Assembly: GCF_006345805.1 (NCBI RefSeq)
Contig: NC_043002.1
Coordinates: 44,330,001 to 44,394,000 of the forward strand
Origin: Octopus sinensis
Taxonomy: Eukaryota
Direction: 5' to 3'
Length of the DNA stretch: 64,000 nucleotides
The translations under genes and the position numbers were made by a program. Shown here piece after piece: positions 24,032-37,089 of the stretch. A model generated the notes under the pieces. That model was not told where the DNA came from. It saw only the letters and a program-made list of their open reading frames with translations, and ran no database searches. Numbering within the stretch: position 1 is the stretch's first letter; the number at the start of each line of letters is the position of its first letter.

Positions 24032-24539
24032 GAGTGAGAGAGCAGTTCATGCCATCAAAGTGACACTGGGGTAAAATATACGAAGCCCAATATACCCATC
24101 ATGACTACCCGTCTGATAAGGGTACACCAGGCACATGCATCACAACCATATGTGCGCGACATGGTGATCTCATATCAAGATAAACAGCACATGACCTTGC
24201 AGGTGGGGCCCAGTTAGAATTTTCTTCAGGTTGAGTAGCCCATCCCGCTCAAACGGTGCCTGAATAAGGGTTGTTTAAGGATGTTGAAAGAACCACCCAT
24301 GTTTCCAGAGGTGAACTATTCAAACCCCAAAGAATCCCTCTCAACACATGGCTATGATGCTCCCCCACTACTTCTGCTCGTGATCAGAGATGCACATATC
24401 ATCAGCTCATAAGAGACATGCTCAACTGGTTAAGGTCAAACAACTGACAAGCAAATCTGTGGTATTGAGCAGAATATTTGCTGTAGCCCATCTTTTATAC
24501 CAAGACAAAACAATGTACATGATAACACTTCCAATCAGT
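24032..24539 (-). repeat. Interspersed non-coding repeat with (TAA)n tail (family E)
   Basis: Homologous to the inverted copy at 30113-30586; both end at TAA repeats. Class unknown and strand inferred from the tail. Confidence 0.7.
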
Positions 24540-24545
24540 AACACT

Positions 24546-25707
24546 TCCAACCACTTTTATCGTATATACTTCAGTTCCTCCTGGGCTCGCAGTTTTATTA
24601 TTTATAATTTCCTTTATTACATTTCTAACTTCGATTATTTATAATTTCCTTGATCACATTTCTGACTTCGGCTTCCAAAATGTCTGCGGCTCGTACCTTT
24701 GAATTTACTGTTCAAGCAACTTCGTTTGATTAATATATGTCTCCATAAAATTCTTTTATTTTTTCAGATATTTGAACATCTCCTGTAAGTTGTTTTCTGT
24801 CTTTGTAATTTAAACTAATGATTGAGTTACATCCCATAATCACCTTTTCCTTAGTGTTTTTAAAGATTCTTCTTGTTTCAATTGCTTGCTTGATCATCTC
24901 CATATTTGTACCTACGACAATGGGTACAAATGAGAATTTATTGCCTGGATATCAGAGCTGTCGATTTCTTATCAGTTCTCCATAGAGGTTCTCTTTTTCT
25001 TCAGTTTTTTTTACGAGATATTCACATTCATCGGGCAGCTGATCTCTACAACAGTGCATAAGATTTATTTCCCTTCTCATGCAACGATATCCCAGTTATT
25101 GCGCTAAAACCTGGTTGCTGTTTTTAATGGAACTTTCCACATATAGCTATTGTTTTTAAAGAAGTGGATAATTTTTTTTCTTCTGGAGTGCTTTTAGTAT
25201 TGGTATCTGTACAATCCTTGCTGTGTATAACATTGCAGCCTGTTTTGGTAAAATGACATATTTGAAGGGAAGGCAATATTTAACGGTCATTTTTGGACAG
25301 CTACTGATGATACAGGTGATATCTTCCACACCGCAGTAAGACACAATTGGTATTTTCTGTCACAAGAAGGAATTATAGACGCAACCATATCTCTCTAGAT
25401 AACGACATAATTAATAACTTTACTTTACTTGGATACCAATGGTATAGCCTTCTAGGTCAGATGTAATACATTTATCACAAGTTAAGAAGAATTTTCTATT
25501 GCTGCTAATATTGTAGGTATTTTCTATTAATTTCTGCTAATATCCCCTTCAAGTCTCTATTTAGCTAAGTCAGTCCAGCCACTCTTGGTTATCTTGGAAG
25601 TAGTGTATGCTCATATTTCTTATTCAGTTTTCGCCTAATCTCCTGAAGCTATTTCTTTCACTGTCAAGTTTAAACGGGATTCACTCAATACCATCTGGAT
25701 TAATCTT
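24546..25707 (-). repeat. Inverted duplicate of 27046-28207
   Basis: 1162 bp; only about 5 substitutions seen by eye; spans two unrelated old TE fragments. Confidence 0.93.
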
Positions 25708-25740
25708 TGTGGTTCATGAAAAGTGGTTGATAACACTTCC

Positions 25741-25802
<62 letters not shown>

Positions 25803-26389
25803 CATCATCATCATCATCAACATCAAAAGCTTCTGCGTGATAATGTTGTTAGAACAGATTTAAGTCTCTTCAGAATATCTCCTACAATTCTTGCAGAATA
25901 CATTTTCAAAGCTGAAAAAAACCACTAAAAGTTGTCTTAGAAATAAAATAATTTGCGATAACATATATAAAACACTGTTTATGTATTTTAGATTAATTTT
26001 GCTTTTGTTACTGGCAGTTGAGTGTGAATATTTCAAGTTACTGTAAGAAAATAATGTATGCTTAAATTCGTTTAAAATATATATTATTGATATAACTGAT
26101 AATTGCTCCTAGGACAGTAGTGAATTTAAGCTTATCTTCAACAACATAATCTATGCACACAAAGATACAGAGATACGTATACACACACATACACGCTCTC
26201 CCTCTCTCTCTCTATCTATCTATCTCTCCCTATCTTTCTCTCTCTCTCTTCCTCTCTTTCCCGCATATACGAACACGTGTTGCTGAGTGTTTCCCTGCGT
26301 GTGTAACAACGATGATCGCAATATAAATATTTCAGAATCGACGAAAATATTGCATATGCTGGTGTTGGTAAGAAAGTTAGGGTTATATA

Positions 26390-26794
26390 GGCGCAGGAGT
26401 GGCTGTGTGGTAAGTAGCTTGCTAACCAACAACATGGTTCCGGGTTCAGTCCCACTGCGTGGCATCTTGGGCAAGTGTCTTCTGCTATAGCCCCGGGCCG
26501 ACCAATGCCTTGTGAGTGGATTTGGTAGACGGAAACTGAAAGAAGCCTGTCGTATATATATATATATATATGCGTGTGTTTGTGTGTCTGTGTTTGTCCC
26601 CTACCATTGCTTGACAACCGATGCTGGTGTGTTTACGTCCCCGTCACTTAGCGGTTCGGCAAAGAGACTGATGAATAAGTACTGGGCTTTACAAAAAATA
26701 AGTCCCGGGGTCGATTTGCTCGACTAAAGGCGGTGCTCCAGCATGGCCGCAGTCAAATGACTGAAACAAGTAAAAGAGAGTAAAAGAGTAAGGA
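26390..26794 (+). mobile_element. SINE family A, near full length
   Basis: Head GGCGCAGGAGTGGC, GTAAAAGA tail, TSD GTTATATA (26382-26389, 26795-26802). Confidence 0.92.
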
Positions 26795-27045
26795 GTTATA
26801 TAGGCATGATTCAGCAAACTTCGGAAATAATGGAATTCAGTACCGTCTGCATTCAATAAAATCTTTATTCCTCTATACTTCGTGGTGGCACTGCTAGTTC
26901 CAACATTTGGGTTCTGGACTGAAAAATAAAAACCGCAATGTCTACCAGAGGACTAAGAATACAGTTACAACGAATGCTATATCTCACATGAACAGTGACA
27001 CTGGCAGAGGTTATATGTTAAATGAAGGGTTAGCAGCAGAGGCAT

Positions 27046-27830
27046 AAGATTAATCCAGATGGTATTGAGTGAATCCCGTTTATACTTGACAGTGAAAGAA
27101 ATAGCTTCAGGAGATTAGGCGAAAACTGAATAAGAAATATGAGCATACACTACTTCCAAGATAACCAAGAGTGGCTGGACTGACTTAGCTAAATAGAGAC
27201 TTGAAGGGGATATTAGCAGAAATTAATAGAAAATACCTACAATATTAGCAGCAATAGAAAATTCTTCTTAACTTGTGATAAATGTATTACATCTGACCTA
27301 GAAGGCTATACCATTGGTATCCAAGTAATGTAAAGTTATTAATTATGTCGTTATCTAGAGAGATATGGTTGCGTCTATAATTCCTTCTTGTGACAGAAAA
27401 TACCAATTGTGTCTTACTGCGGTGTGGAAGATATCACCTGTATCATCAGTAGCTGTCCAAAAATGACCGTTACATATTGCCTTCCCTTCAAATATGTCAT
27501 TTTACCAAAACAGGCTGCAATGTTATGCACAGCAAGGATTGTACAGATACCAATACTAAAAGCACTCCAGAAGAAAAAAAATTATCCACTTCTTTAAAAA
27601 CAATAGCTATATGTGGAAAGTTCCATTAAAAACAGCAACCAGGTTTTAGCGCAATAACTGGGATATTGTTGCATGAGAAGGGAAATAAATCTTATGCACT
27701 GTTGTAGAGATCAGCTGCCCGATGAATGTGAATATCTCGTAAAAAAAACTGAAGAAAAAGAGAACCTCTATGGAGAACTGATAAGAAATCGACAGCTCTG
27801 ATATCCAGGCAATAAATTCTCATTTGTACC
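27046..27830 (+). mobile_element. Old REL-type (CRE/NeSL/R4-like) LINE C-terminal fragment
   Basis: CLTAVEDITCIISSCPKM, YMWKVP, VEISCP, YGELIRN and FVPIVVG remnants. Confidence 0.6.
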
Positions 27831-27849
27831 CATTGTCGTAGGTACAAAT

Positions 27850-29400
27850 ATGGAGATGATCAAGCAAGCAATTGAAACAAGAAGAATCTTTAAAAACACT
27901 AAGGAAAAGGTGATTATGGGATGTAACTCAATCATTAGTTTAAATTACAAAGACAGAAAACAACTTACAGGAGATGTTCAAATATCTGAAAAAATAAAAG
28001 AATTTTATGGAGACATATATTAATCAAACGAAGTTGCTTGAACAGTAAATTCAAAGGTACGAGCCGCAGACATTTTGGAAGCCGAAGTCAGAAATGTGAT
28101 CAAGGAAATTATAAATAATCGAAGTTAGAAATGTAATAAAGGAAATTATAAATAATAAAACTGCGAGCCCAGGAGGAACTGAAGTATATACGATAAAAGT
28201 GGTTGGAGCAAGCACAAGGAAAGAACTAGCTAAACTATATACAAAAATGCCTACATGAACATAAGACACTGGATATGTGGGAAAATTCCAAACAGATCCT
28301 CCTTTAATAAAAAAAAGTAATGCCAAGAAATTAAAGTGCGATAAACTATTAAGTTGACTATCGCACATCTACAAGATCTCAAAAATCTTATCAAAAAGAA
28401 TTACGAAACAGCTCAATGGGAACATGACAGCAGAAAAGGCAAATTTCAGGAAAATCTATTGCATAATAGATCACATACATGCTAGAAACCAGCTGAGGGA
28501 AAATACCAAACTTACAACATACCATTATACTTACCATTTGTTGATTTTGTGAAAGCTTTTGTTTCTGTGGAAATTGATGGTGTACAAAGAGCGCTAGAGA
28601 AAGGGAAAATCGAAAGTGACTACGTGAAATCATTAAAGAATGTGTACACCAGTTGCAGGACAACAGAAACTATACACAAAAAACGATTGATGTAAAAGTT
28701 GGTAAAGGAGTGAGACAAGGAGATACCATATCACCCAAATTATTCAAATCTGTATTAGAAAAAGTTTTTAAAAGATTATATTGTTCACGTAAAGACAAAC
28801 AGATGCATTCATTCTAAATCATGTCGGACTTACTGATGATATTAAAGAATCAACAGAATCAACTGAAATGCTCCGATAACTAAAAGAAGAAAGCAAAATA
28901 TGGAGAACAGGATTAATATTAGCAAAACGAAGATTATCTCCAAACATCTAATAACAGCTTGATGAAATAGTTTAACATGTGAACCAGTACACATAATGAA
29001 ATTGAATGGCGAATACAATTAGGATGGGCATCCTCTGGTAAATTGAATCACATCATGAACAGTAACTTGTGTATGTGTCTAAAAAGAAAGGTCTTCGGCC
29101 AGTGTGAACTGCCTACTATTACATATGCATCGCAAACATGGACTACCTACAAGATCATTGAAAATAAATTAAGATCAATTATGGTCATGGAAAGGAGATG
29201 GTGGAAAATTAACAAAATGGATAAGTGGACACACAACATGATAAGAGTGACAACAGGTTTACCTCTATCTGGAAAATAAACATCCCGGAGTGGTATTTCG
29301 CGGGGCAAGTGTTAAGATAAAGGGACAATAGATGCAATATCAAACTGACAGAATGGACACTACGTCCAAAAAGAAGAAGGAGAGGAGGAACATGAAGAAG
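27850..29400 (+). mobile_element. Decayed RTE-clade LINE reverse transcriptase
   Basis: ILEAEVRNVIKE, DFVKAFVSVE, GKGVRQGDTISPKLF and LKRKVFGQCELPTITYASQTW remnants. Confidence 0.75.
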
Positions 29401-29542
29401 CTAGAATATGGTTGAGGAAAATATCAGAATGTTGTTGCTGGAGAAAATATGTTGACTCCTTCGTCCAGCAGAGAACTGAACATGTGAACGGATTACGTAT
29501 CTATGTATTTATGTACATGTGTGCACTGTGCAGCACCATGAG

Positions 29543-29544
<2 letters not shown>

Positions 29545-29640
<96 letters not shown>

Positions 29641-30107
29641 ATTATTATTATTCAGTAGTTTTATTTTTATAGCGTGCTTTCACTTCACTACCGAGCGCAG
29701 CTCTGCGTGCCTTGGGTATGTGCTGTGATTTGTTGTGATGCTCTGATGGTTGTTGTATGGAAAGTGCTCTGCGTAGGATGTGTGCAGTGCCTAGTAGTGC
29801 AATTTTCTGTATGCTATATGTGTTTGTAAGTCCTGGTGTTTTTGTTATGTATTTGTCTGAATATTTTTTTATCATGCCTAATGCATCTACTATGATAGGA
29901 ATTGTTTCTGTTTTTAGATTCCACACTCTGGTTACCTCTATTTCCAGGTCTTTGTATTTTGAGAGTTTCTCCATTTCCTTTAGAGACACGTTGTCATCTG
30001 CCGGTATTGATACATCAATTAGAAAGTATTTTTTTACTTCATGATCTCTGACAACTATATCTGGTCTGTTGGCCTTAATTTCTCTATAGTTGTCAGAGAT
30101 CGTGAAG
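29545..30107 (-). mobile_element. (TTA)n plus R4/Dong-type 3' end
   Basis: Near-identical to 23307-23730; [32 protein letters not shown]. Confidence 0.9.
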
Positions 30108-30112
30108 AAAAA

Positions 30113-30586
30113 ATATGGGCTACAGCAAATATTCTGCTCGATATCACAGATTTGATCGTCATTTCTTTTACCTCAACCAGTCGAGCATGTATTTTCGTGG
30201 CTCACGGTATGTGCATCTCTGATCATGAGCAGAAGTATTTGGGGAGCATCATAGCCATGTGTTGAAAGGAATACTCTGGGGGTTTGAATAATTCACTTCT
30301 GTTAAAACAGGTGTTTTGTTCATCATCCTTAAACTAACCTTATTCAAGAACCTTTTCAGTAGGATGGGCTACTCACTCTGAAGAAAATTCTAACTGGGCC
30401 CCGATCTGCAAGGTCACGCACTGATTATCTTGATATAAGATCACCATGTCGCGCACATATGGTTGTGTTGCTTGTGCCTGGTGTACTCTTATCAGACGGG
30501 CAGTTATGATAGGTGTATTTGGCTTCGTTTATTTGTACCCCAGTGTCACTTTGATGGCACGCACTTCTCTGTCACTCAATAATAAT
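30113..30586 (+). repeat. Family E repeat, older copy
   Basis: Reverse complement of 24032-24490 with substitutions. Confidence 0.7.
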
Positions 30587-32380
30587 TTGGAGTGACTGAG
30601 AGGGCTCTAGCTAATTGTCATTCATGTTAAGAGGATTTGCGGTGCAATGAGGTTTTCTTGATATGAGTAGTATTCGTAATGTTTGTGCTCTTAAAAAAGA
30701 CAATTTGATACAAACCCACTGAAAGGATGCTCTCTGTGTTCATAAAAACAATGCGTTTAGTGTCTCAGTTAAGTGAGTATAACATCATCAGAAAATACTT
30801 TGTTGTAAATGCGCTTGCATTATCCTCCATGTACAATGGCCATCACAATATTTTGTAAATAGAATGTTAAAACAAATTTGCATAACATTTAATTCTAAGG
30901 AATATTATGTTTTTGTCACTCTTACTAGTCAATTTCAATAATTCGAATTCATACAACACAGTTGAAATTAATACTGTAATTATGCAATGATTTTTGCTGT
31001 CACTGTAATCTTTGTATTCATCCAAACAGCTGCTAAATTTCCTGAAGCTAATGTAGCCGAAGCAAACATTCTTCCTTTTCTAAGAGTTATTTTTACTGTT
31101 TTGTTTCTTTTTCGGCAATTATTTCCATTCCATATCTTCATGCAATTCTCTCGAAACATTTTGTTATATTTGTAAGTACTCCTAAATGAATATTATCAGT
31201 GAAACGGGGATCATTGTTTCACTACTTCAGACTTCAACAATTCCTTGAAAAGACCGAATTTTTCTGCCATTATGTATTCTAAAAACACACCGAAAGCATA
31301 GGAAAAGAAATCACCCTTTCTGATATCGTGTATTTTTTTATATATACTAGTTATATTGGTGATTTGTCACTCAAAAGCAAGATTTTGCAGTTTTGCGTCA
31401 CATAGGACCCAAACTATTTTAAACTTAATAAAATTGTATATGAAAATGTAAAATGATGTTGCAAGTATTTTCCTGCAAAATGCTAGCGTTATATATCTGC
31501 CTAACCATGTTACTGGTAACTAAAACATGCAGAAAAAGAAAATCTTTGCTCGACTGGTTAATTGAACAAATTCTACCGTTATTTACTCGCTTTAGGGTGT
31601 TTTTCTTTTCTTGCCAGACATAGTAATCGATCTACACCAACTCCAATATATAAAACTCTATTAAAAGTTTTACAAAGAACATCGGTGACATTTTCCTCTC
31701 CCTGTTTCAATGGCTCCGAATTTCTGTTATCTAAAGCAGGTGATTCCTAATTGCTTGTGCAACATCAATACAGCAGTATTCAGAACTTTTACTCTTCAAT
31801 CGATGGCCTGTGTTAACATTTCCCCAGAGTAAAAATGTTTCTATAAGAACTTTTCCCAAACAAGCTGTATATCTATGTGTTTTACCATCATCATCACAAG
31901 TGGTTGATGAGAATCGGAAGTGGTCGATTATTACTATCTGTAATTTTATTTTCATTTCTCAACCACCTTGGAGTTTGTGGCAACCTGTGAATTTGAAGTA
32001 TTTCCTCAGCCTCCCTGGAAAATGCGTGGTGATTCAATTCTGTTGTTTGACGAGAGTTAATAAGCAGGAATTTGAAAATGGATTAAAAAGAACTTATAGC
32101 AATGTAATATGTTTTTTACTCAAACAAATAACATTTATTTTATTTTATTACATTTCGAGCTTTTAAAACTCATATTTCTGATGAAAAGGGGAATTAGGTT
32201 GGCGTTAAAATGGTTTGAATTCATTATTGTCAGATCGAAAGTTAAGCGATCTTTTGACATTTAAATATTTTAAGACAAAAATAAAACAAAAAGTTACTGT
32301 GACAATTCAACTGTTTCTTATATTCAAATTTCTATCTCATATTTCATGTATTCTGTCAATACAAAACAAATTAGAAATAT

Positions 32381-32826
32381 AGGCCTAAGCGTGGCTATGT
32401 GATATGAAGCTTGCTTCTCGACTACGTGGTTCCGGGTTCAGTCTCACTGCGTGATACCTTAGGCAAGCGCCTTCTATTATAGTTTTGGGCTGACCAAAGA
32501 AATGTGAGCGGATTTCCTAGACGGAAACTGAACGGAGTCCTTCGTATATATATATGTGTGTGAGTGTGTGTGTGTGTGTGTGTGTGCATGCGTTTGTGTG
32601 TGTGTGTGTGTGTGTTTTTGTGTTTGTGTCTGTTTTTGTACATACCCCCAGCGCTTAACAACCGGTGTTCGTGCTTCTACCTGCAAATAACTTAGCTGTA
32701 CAGCAAAAGATACCGATAGAATAAGTACAAGGCTTAGCAATTAAAAATAAGTCGTTTACTTCGCCAAAAATTCGTCAAAGCGGTGCCCCAGCATGACCGC
32801 AGTTTAATGACTGACACAAATAAAGG
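32381..32826 (+). mobile_element. SINE family A, degenerate
   Basis: Colinear similarity with 26390-26794. Confidence 0.8.
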
Positions 32827-33109
32827 AGCAAAAGAATAATATAATATCTACAGCATAATGAAAATTTTACACCGAAATGTTTGACATGAAGAGATGCTGA
32901 AATGGACGTGAGTTCGACAAATATTACCTTTTTAATCACTATTTCCCATTCCATCATGAAAAAGAGCCTCTAAGCTTTATATATCATTAGAGAAGATACA
33001 TCTCCTTTGTTGTATTAAAAACTAGAGGTTTTTTTTGCCTTCTTCAGGCTTTTGTTGTAATTTCAAATTCGCAATGTTTCGTGCATTTTCTCAAAACAAA
33101 AACGGAAAC

Positions 33110-33216
33110 CACACACGCACGCACACATATATATGTATAACTGTGTAAGTGTGTGTTTATGTGAGTGTGCGTGTGTATTTGTGTGTATGTAATCATGCAT
33201 GTATCAATATATACAC

Positions 33217-33248
<32 letters not shown>

Positions 33249-33266
33249 ATGTATATATATATATGT

Positions 33267-33300
<34 letters not shown>

Positions 33301-34030
33301 AAGGATTTATATATATATATTTAAAGATAGATACCTCTACAAATATATATATTATATATATGTATGTATATGTGTCTATAAATATAGATAGATAGTTATG
33401 CACATACATAAATACATTCATATTTACATTTATATATATATACAAACATACATACAGGTACATATATATATAGATATAGATAGATACATACATACATACG
33501 TACATAAAAACACATTTATTTACACATACCTAGATCTATAAATGTAAATATATATGCACTCACAAACCTATATGCATACACACAAACTCACACATAAACA
33601 CTTATATGTATGTGTACATATGCATTTACATATGCACTTTTCTAATTTGTATGTGCATGCATAAGACTCTATTGTGATATGTATATGCTTTGTAAAATTA
33701 TAATGCTTTGCTTACAGAAATTCGCTTTCACATCCGAGTTGGTTATTTTTTCAGATTATAATCTTTTTTTTCTTCCAAGTTTGCTTATTGATATAATTTT
33801 ACATAGAACACAAAACGTACCAGTAGTCACAAAAAAACAGAATATCAGATTAATAGATGTGTATGTGCGTGTATGTACGTATTTATGTAGGTATATATTT
33901 ATATATATATCTGTGTGTGTACATGTGTATGTATATATGTGTCTGTGTGTGTACACGTGTGAGTGTGTGTGTGTGTGTGTGCATGTGTTTACATGCAAGC
34001 GTTGCTGTGTATACGTGTGTTATATGTGTA
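33110..34030. repeat. Compound TA/CA/TG microsatellite region
   Basis: Direct reading. Confidence 0.9.
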
Positions 34031-35037
34031 TACATTTATGTTAGAATTATGACCCTACAAGAGCGTAACTGTGACAATACATACCGTATTTCATGTCATC
34101 TGAAGTCAGGGATGAATATTTATTGGAAATCATTATGACAGACAAGTTTACTCTTAACCACACAAACATACCTAGTCACATGTTTAGGACTAAGTTTTAA
34201 GACAAGCCAACATTGGCCTATATTTATATGCATATAATGATTTCCAATATCTGCTTATCTCAGAGGAAATACGACATGTATTAAAATAGTAACGTCCATG
34301 TAAGGTCATATTTTTAAAATTAAATGATGTATACTTTACATATCCAATCTATGAAATCCTTGATTTATTAGTTCCTAGAGATTTATTCGAGAGTTATACA
34401 GTTTACATGTATGCGTACATGTATATATGCATATATGTCTGTGTGTGTATGTATATAAAGGGGGCCGTGCGTGTGTGTAATGAAACGTAATATGTGAGTA
34501 TCTGAACATATGATGAGAAATGTTTATATCTACTTGTGTATGTGTTTGTGTATGTATGTGTGTGTGTCTATTAATTTAAGAACATTCTTGAAAAACAGAG
34601 ATAAAGTGGCTGCAATAAAAGTAGTAGCTTCATTCATTCAGTTCTTAGTAACCGCGACATCATTCTGTCACAACTTCATTTACCCGTATAATCACCTTTG
34701 ATATCATCGTTACGTTGAATATCACACACACACACACACGCACACACACACACACAGCACACAACACACACACACACTCACACAATTATTCTTTCATTTT
34801 GCCATGTATTTCCGTCTAATACAAAATGAATTTCCATTTCAGAATGCAAAATACACAATACCTGAAATGAAGTAGAAATGTTGATTATATTAACTTAGTG
34901 ACTCTTACAAGTCTATTGACTTTTTTTTCTGTTATGAAATCATGAGGGAGCAAAAGATAATTCTTACATATAAATGTTTGTAAAAAATATATATTAGCGA
35001 AAGAGGCAGTATTAATATCGAGAGGTAATATTTATCC

Positions 35038-35405
35038 CCACTTAAACTTGGATATTCTTTTACAACAAACTATACTTCGGTAAATACTATGAGAGAAATT
35101 CTCATATGGGCCTTTCGTGCAAAATGCACGCTTATTTATATCGCTAATGGGCACTGTTTTCTATATATCGCTGGCAGGGAGATGAATTGTCACTATCTCT
35201 AGCGGCCGAGTGTCCATCATTGACGAGACCAAGGAAGGACAAAATTACGCGATCTGGTGGTCTCGGTGCTGGAGATGGCGGGGACTTATCTTCCCTCTAG
35301 CGATATAAACAAGAGTGTAATTTTCATCAAAAGCCAATAAGAGATTTTTTTTCATAGTATCTACCAAGTATAGTTTGTTCCAAAAGAAAATCCACGTTTA
35401 AGTGT
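35038..35405. mobile_element. MITE with ~65 bp imperfect TIRs
   Basis: CACTTAAACTTGGATATTCTTTTACAACAAACTATAC.. versus ..GTATAGTTTGTTCCAAAAGAAAATCCACGTTTAAGTG. A partial second copy follows at ~35480-35679. Confidence 0.75.
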
Positions 35406-36089
35406 GTATAAATCTTAGCTCTCGGTAACAATACTTCCTCTGCTGCTAATATATAATTTTTGATAAACTTACTGGCAAATTGTGACAGCAATGCCTGTTC
35501 TGGGACTGGTGAGGAGATAAATTGCTGCTATCTCTAGAGGTCGAGTGTCCATCATGGACGAGACCAAGGAAGGTTGAAATCATGTGTTCTAGTGGTCTCA
35601 GCGCTAGAGAAGACGGTGTTTCTCTCATGCTATCTACCACAGTATAGTTTCTTCTAGCAGAATATCCAGGTTTAAGTGGAGTTAAATAGATGTTAGTGGC
35701 AGGGCAGAATTTGCGAACCTCCACAAGATCCAATCCTTGTTGCAGTGTATTGACTTATGTGCCTCAATGATGCTGACGGCATGCCAGCGGAGTGCAACAC
35801 TCAAAATAGGTTGTCCCATACTGGACAGGTTAAGGAAAGAAGCTACACTAATATGGACCACTTCTTGCAAAAAGTATAATGGGTTCGCATATGGTCAATA
35901 TCCCTACCAAGAACAAGGCAAAGTTACAGAAATATTGATGATAATTCAACATAAACAAGACCTGGAAGAGGCAGGCTTTCTCTCAGAGGGTGGATTACTT
36001 TGAGAGTGGCTGTGAAGAATGCCGAAAGTCGATAGCAGCGGAGAAAAGTCGTCGATAGTCTATGCTTCATACGGAGCGAAGGACTTAAT

Positions 36090-36520
36090 TTCAAACTTTG
36101 ACAAAAGGTCAGCAATTTCAGGAGAGGCGATAAATCGTTTACATCGACTCCAGTATTCAACTGGTGCTTATTTTATCGACCTCTGTCTTCAATGTCACTC
36201 ATTTTATAAACTTCGGTGGAATTTGAATTGAGAACGTAAAGACGGGGGAAATTCCGCTAAGCCCGGCGTGCTGATTCTGACAGCTGCCGCCTTCGGTAAG
36301 TAGTAATGGGCTCAAATTTTGGCACAAGGCCAGCAATTTTTGAGGAGGGGTTAAGTCGATTACATCGACCCTAGTACTCAACTGTACTTTATTTTATCGA
36401 TTCCGAAAGGATCAAAGGCAAAGTCAACCTCGGTGACATTTGAACTCAGGACGTAAAGACAGACAAAGTGTCGCTAAGTATTTTGCCCAGCATGCAAACG
36501 ATTCTGCCAGCTCGTCGCCT
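36090..36520 (-). mobile_element. Two tandem SINE B copies
   Basis: 36090-36292 and 36306-36520; the second has the 13 bp TSD TCGGTAAGTAGTA (36293-36305, 36521-36533). Confidence 0.85.
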
Positions 36521-37089
36521 TCGGTAAGTAGTATTCAGAAGTGGATTTTGGTAGTTGTGTGAGTAACCTGAATGTTAACCACTTGTCTCGTCTTACATTG
36601 TAATATAGAAATGAAAGCAACCGAGAAAATGTGGTGCACGCATACTCCGGGAGAGATAAAGCAAGGTTGAAAATGATAGGAACGTGTAAGAGGGCAGGTT
36701 TTAGGCGTAAATCTTTATATCAAATGAAGATGGAATTTGATAATAGCAAGGTGTCAAGTGGGAGAGATGTTTAAAGAAAAAATGAAGATAAATAAATGAA
36801 GTCACATGATGAATAAATGACTACATAAATTGATACATAAATTGAAAGACAGAGGTGCAAAAATACACAACTTTATTGATAGATGGTACACAGATAGAGC
36901 AAGTAAATCATTTGAAGAAGAGTTCTGAAATTATTGATTTTCCTTATTAATTATCATCATTAATTATTATTGCAAAGATAAACCAGCTCATATATCAACA
37001 GATAAAAGACAGAATAAGTAAACAAATAGTGATGTGGTACTTATAAAGACTTCAAAATTTTTAGCGAGTTGTTAACGAAGTTGCCGTTT

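Noticed and set aside
33030-33100. CUGAAGA A GG..CC on the minus strand
   Set aside because: No GAAA follows stem II.
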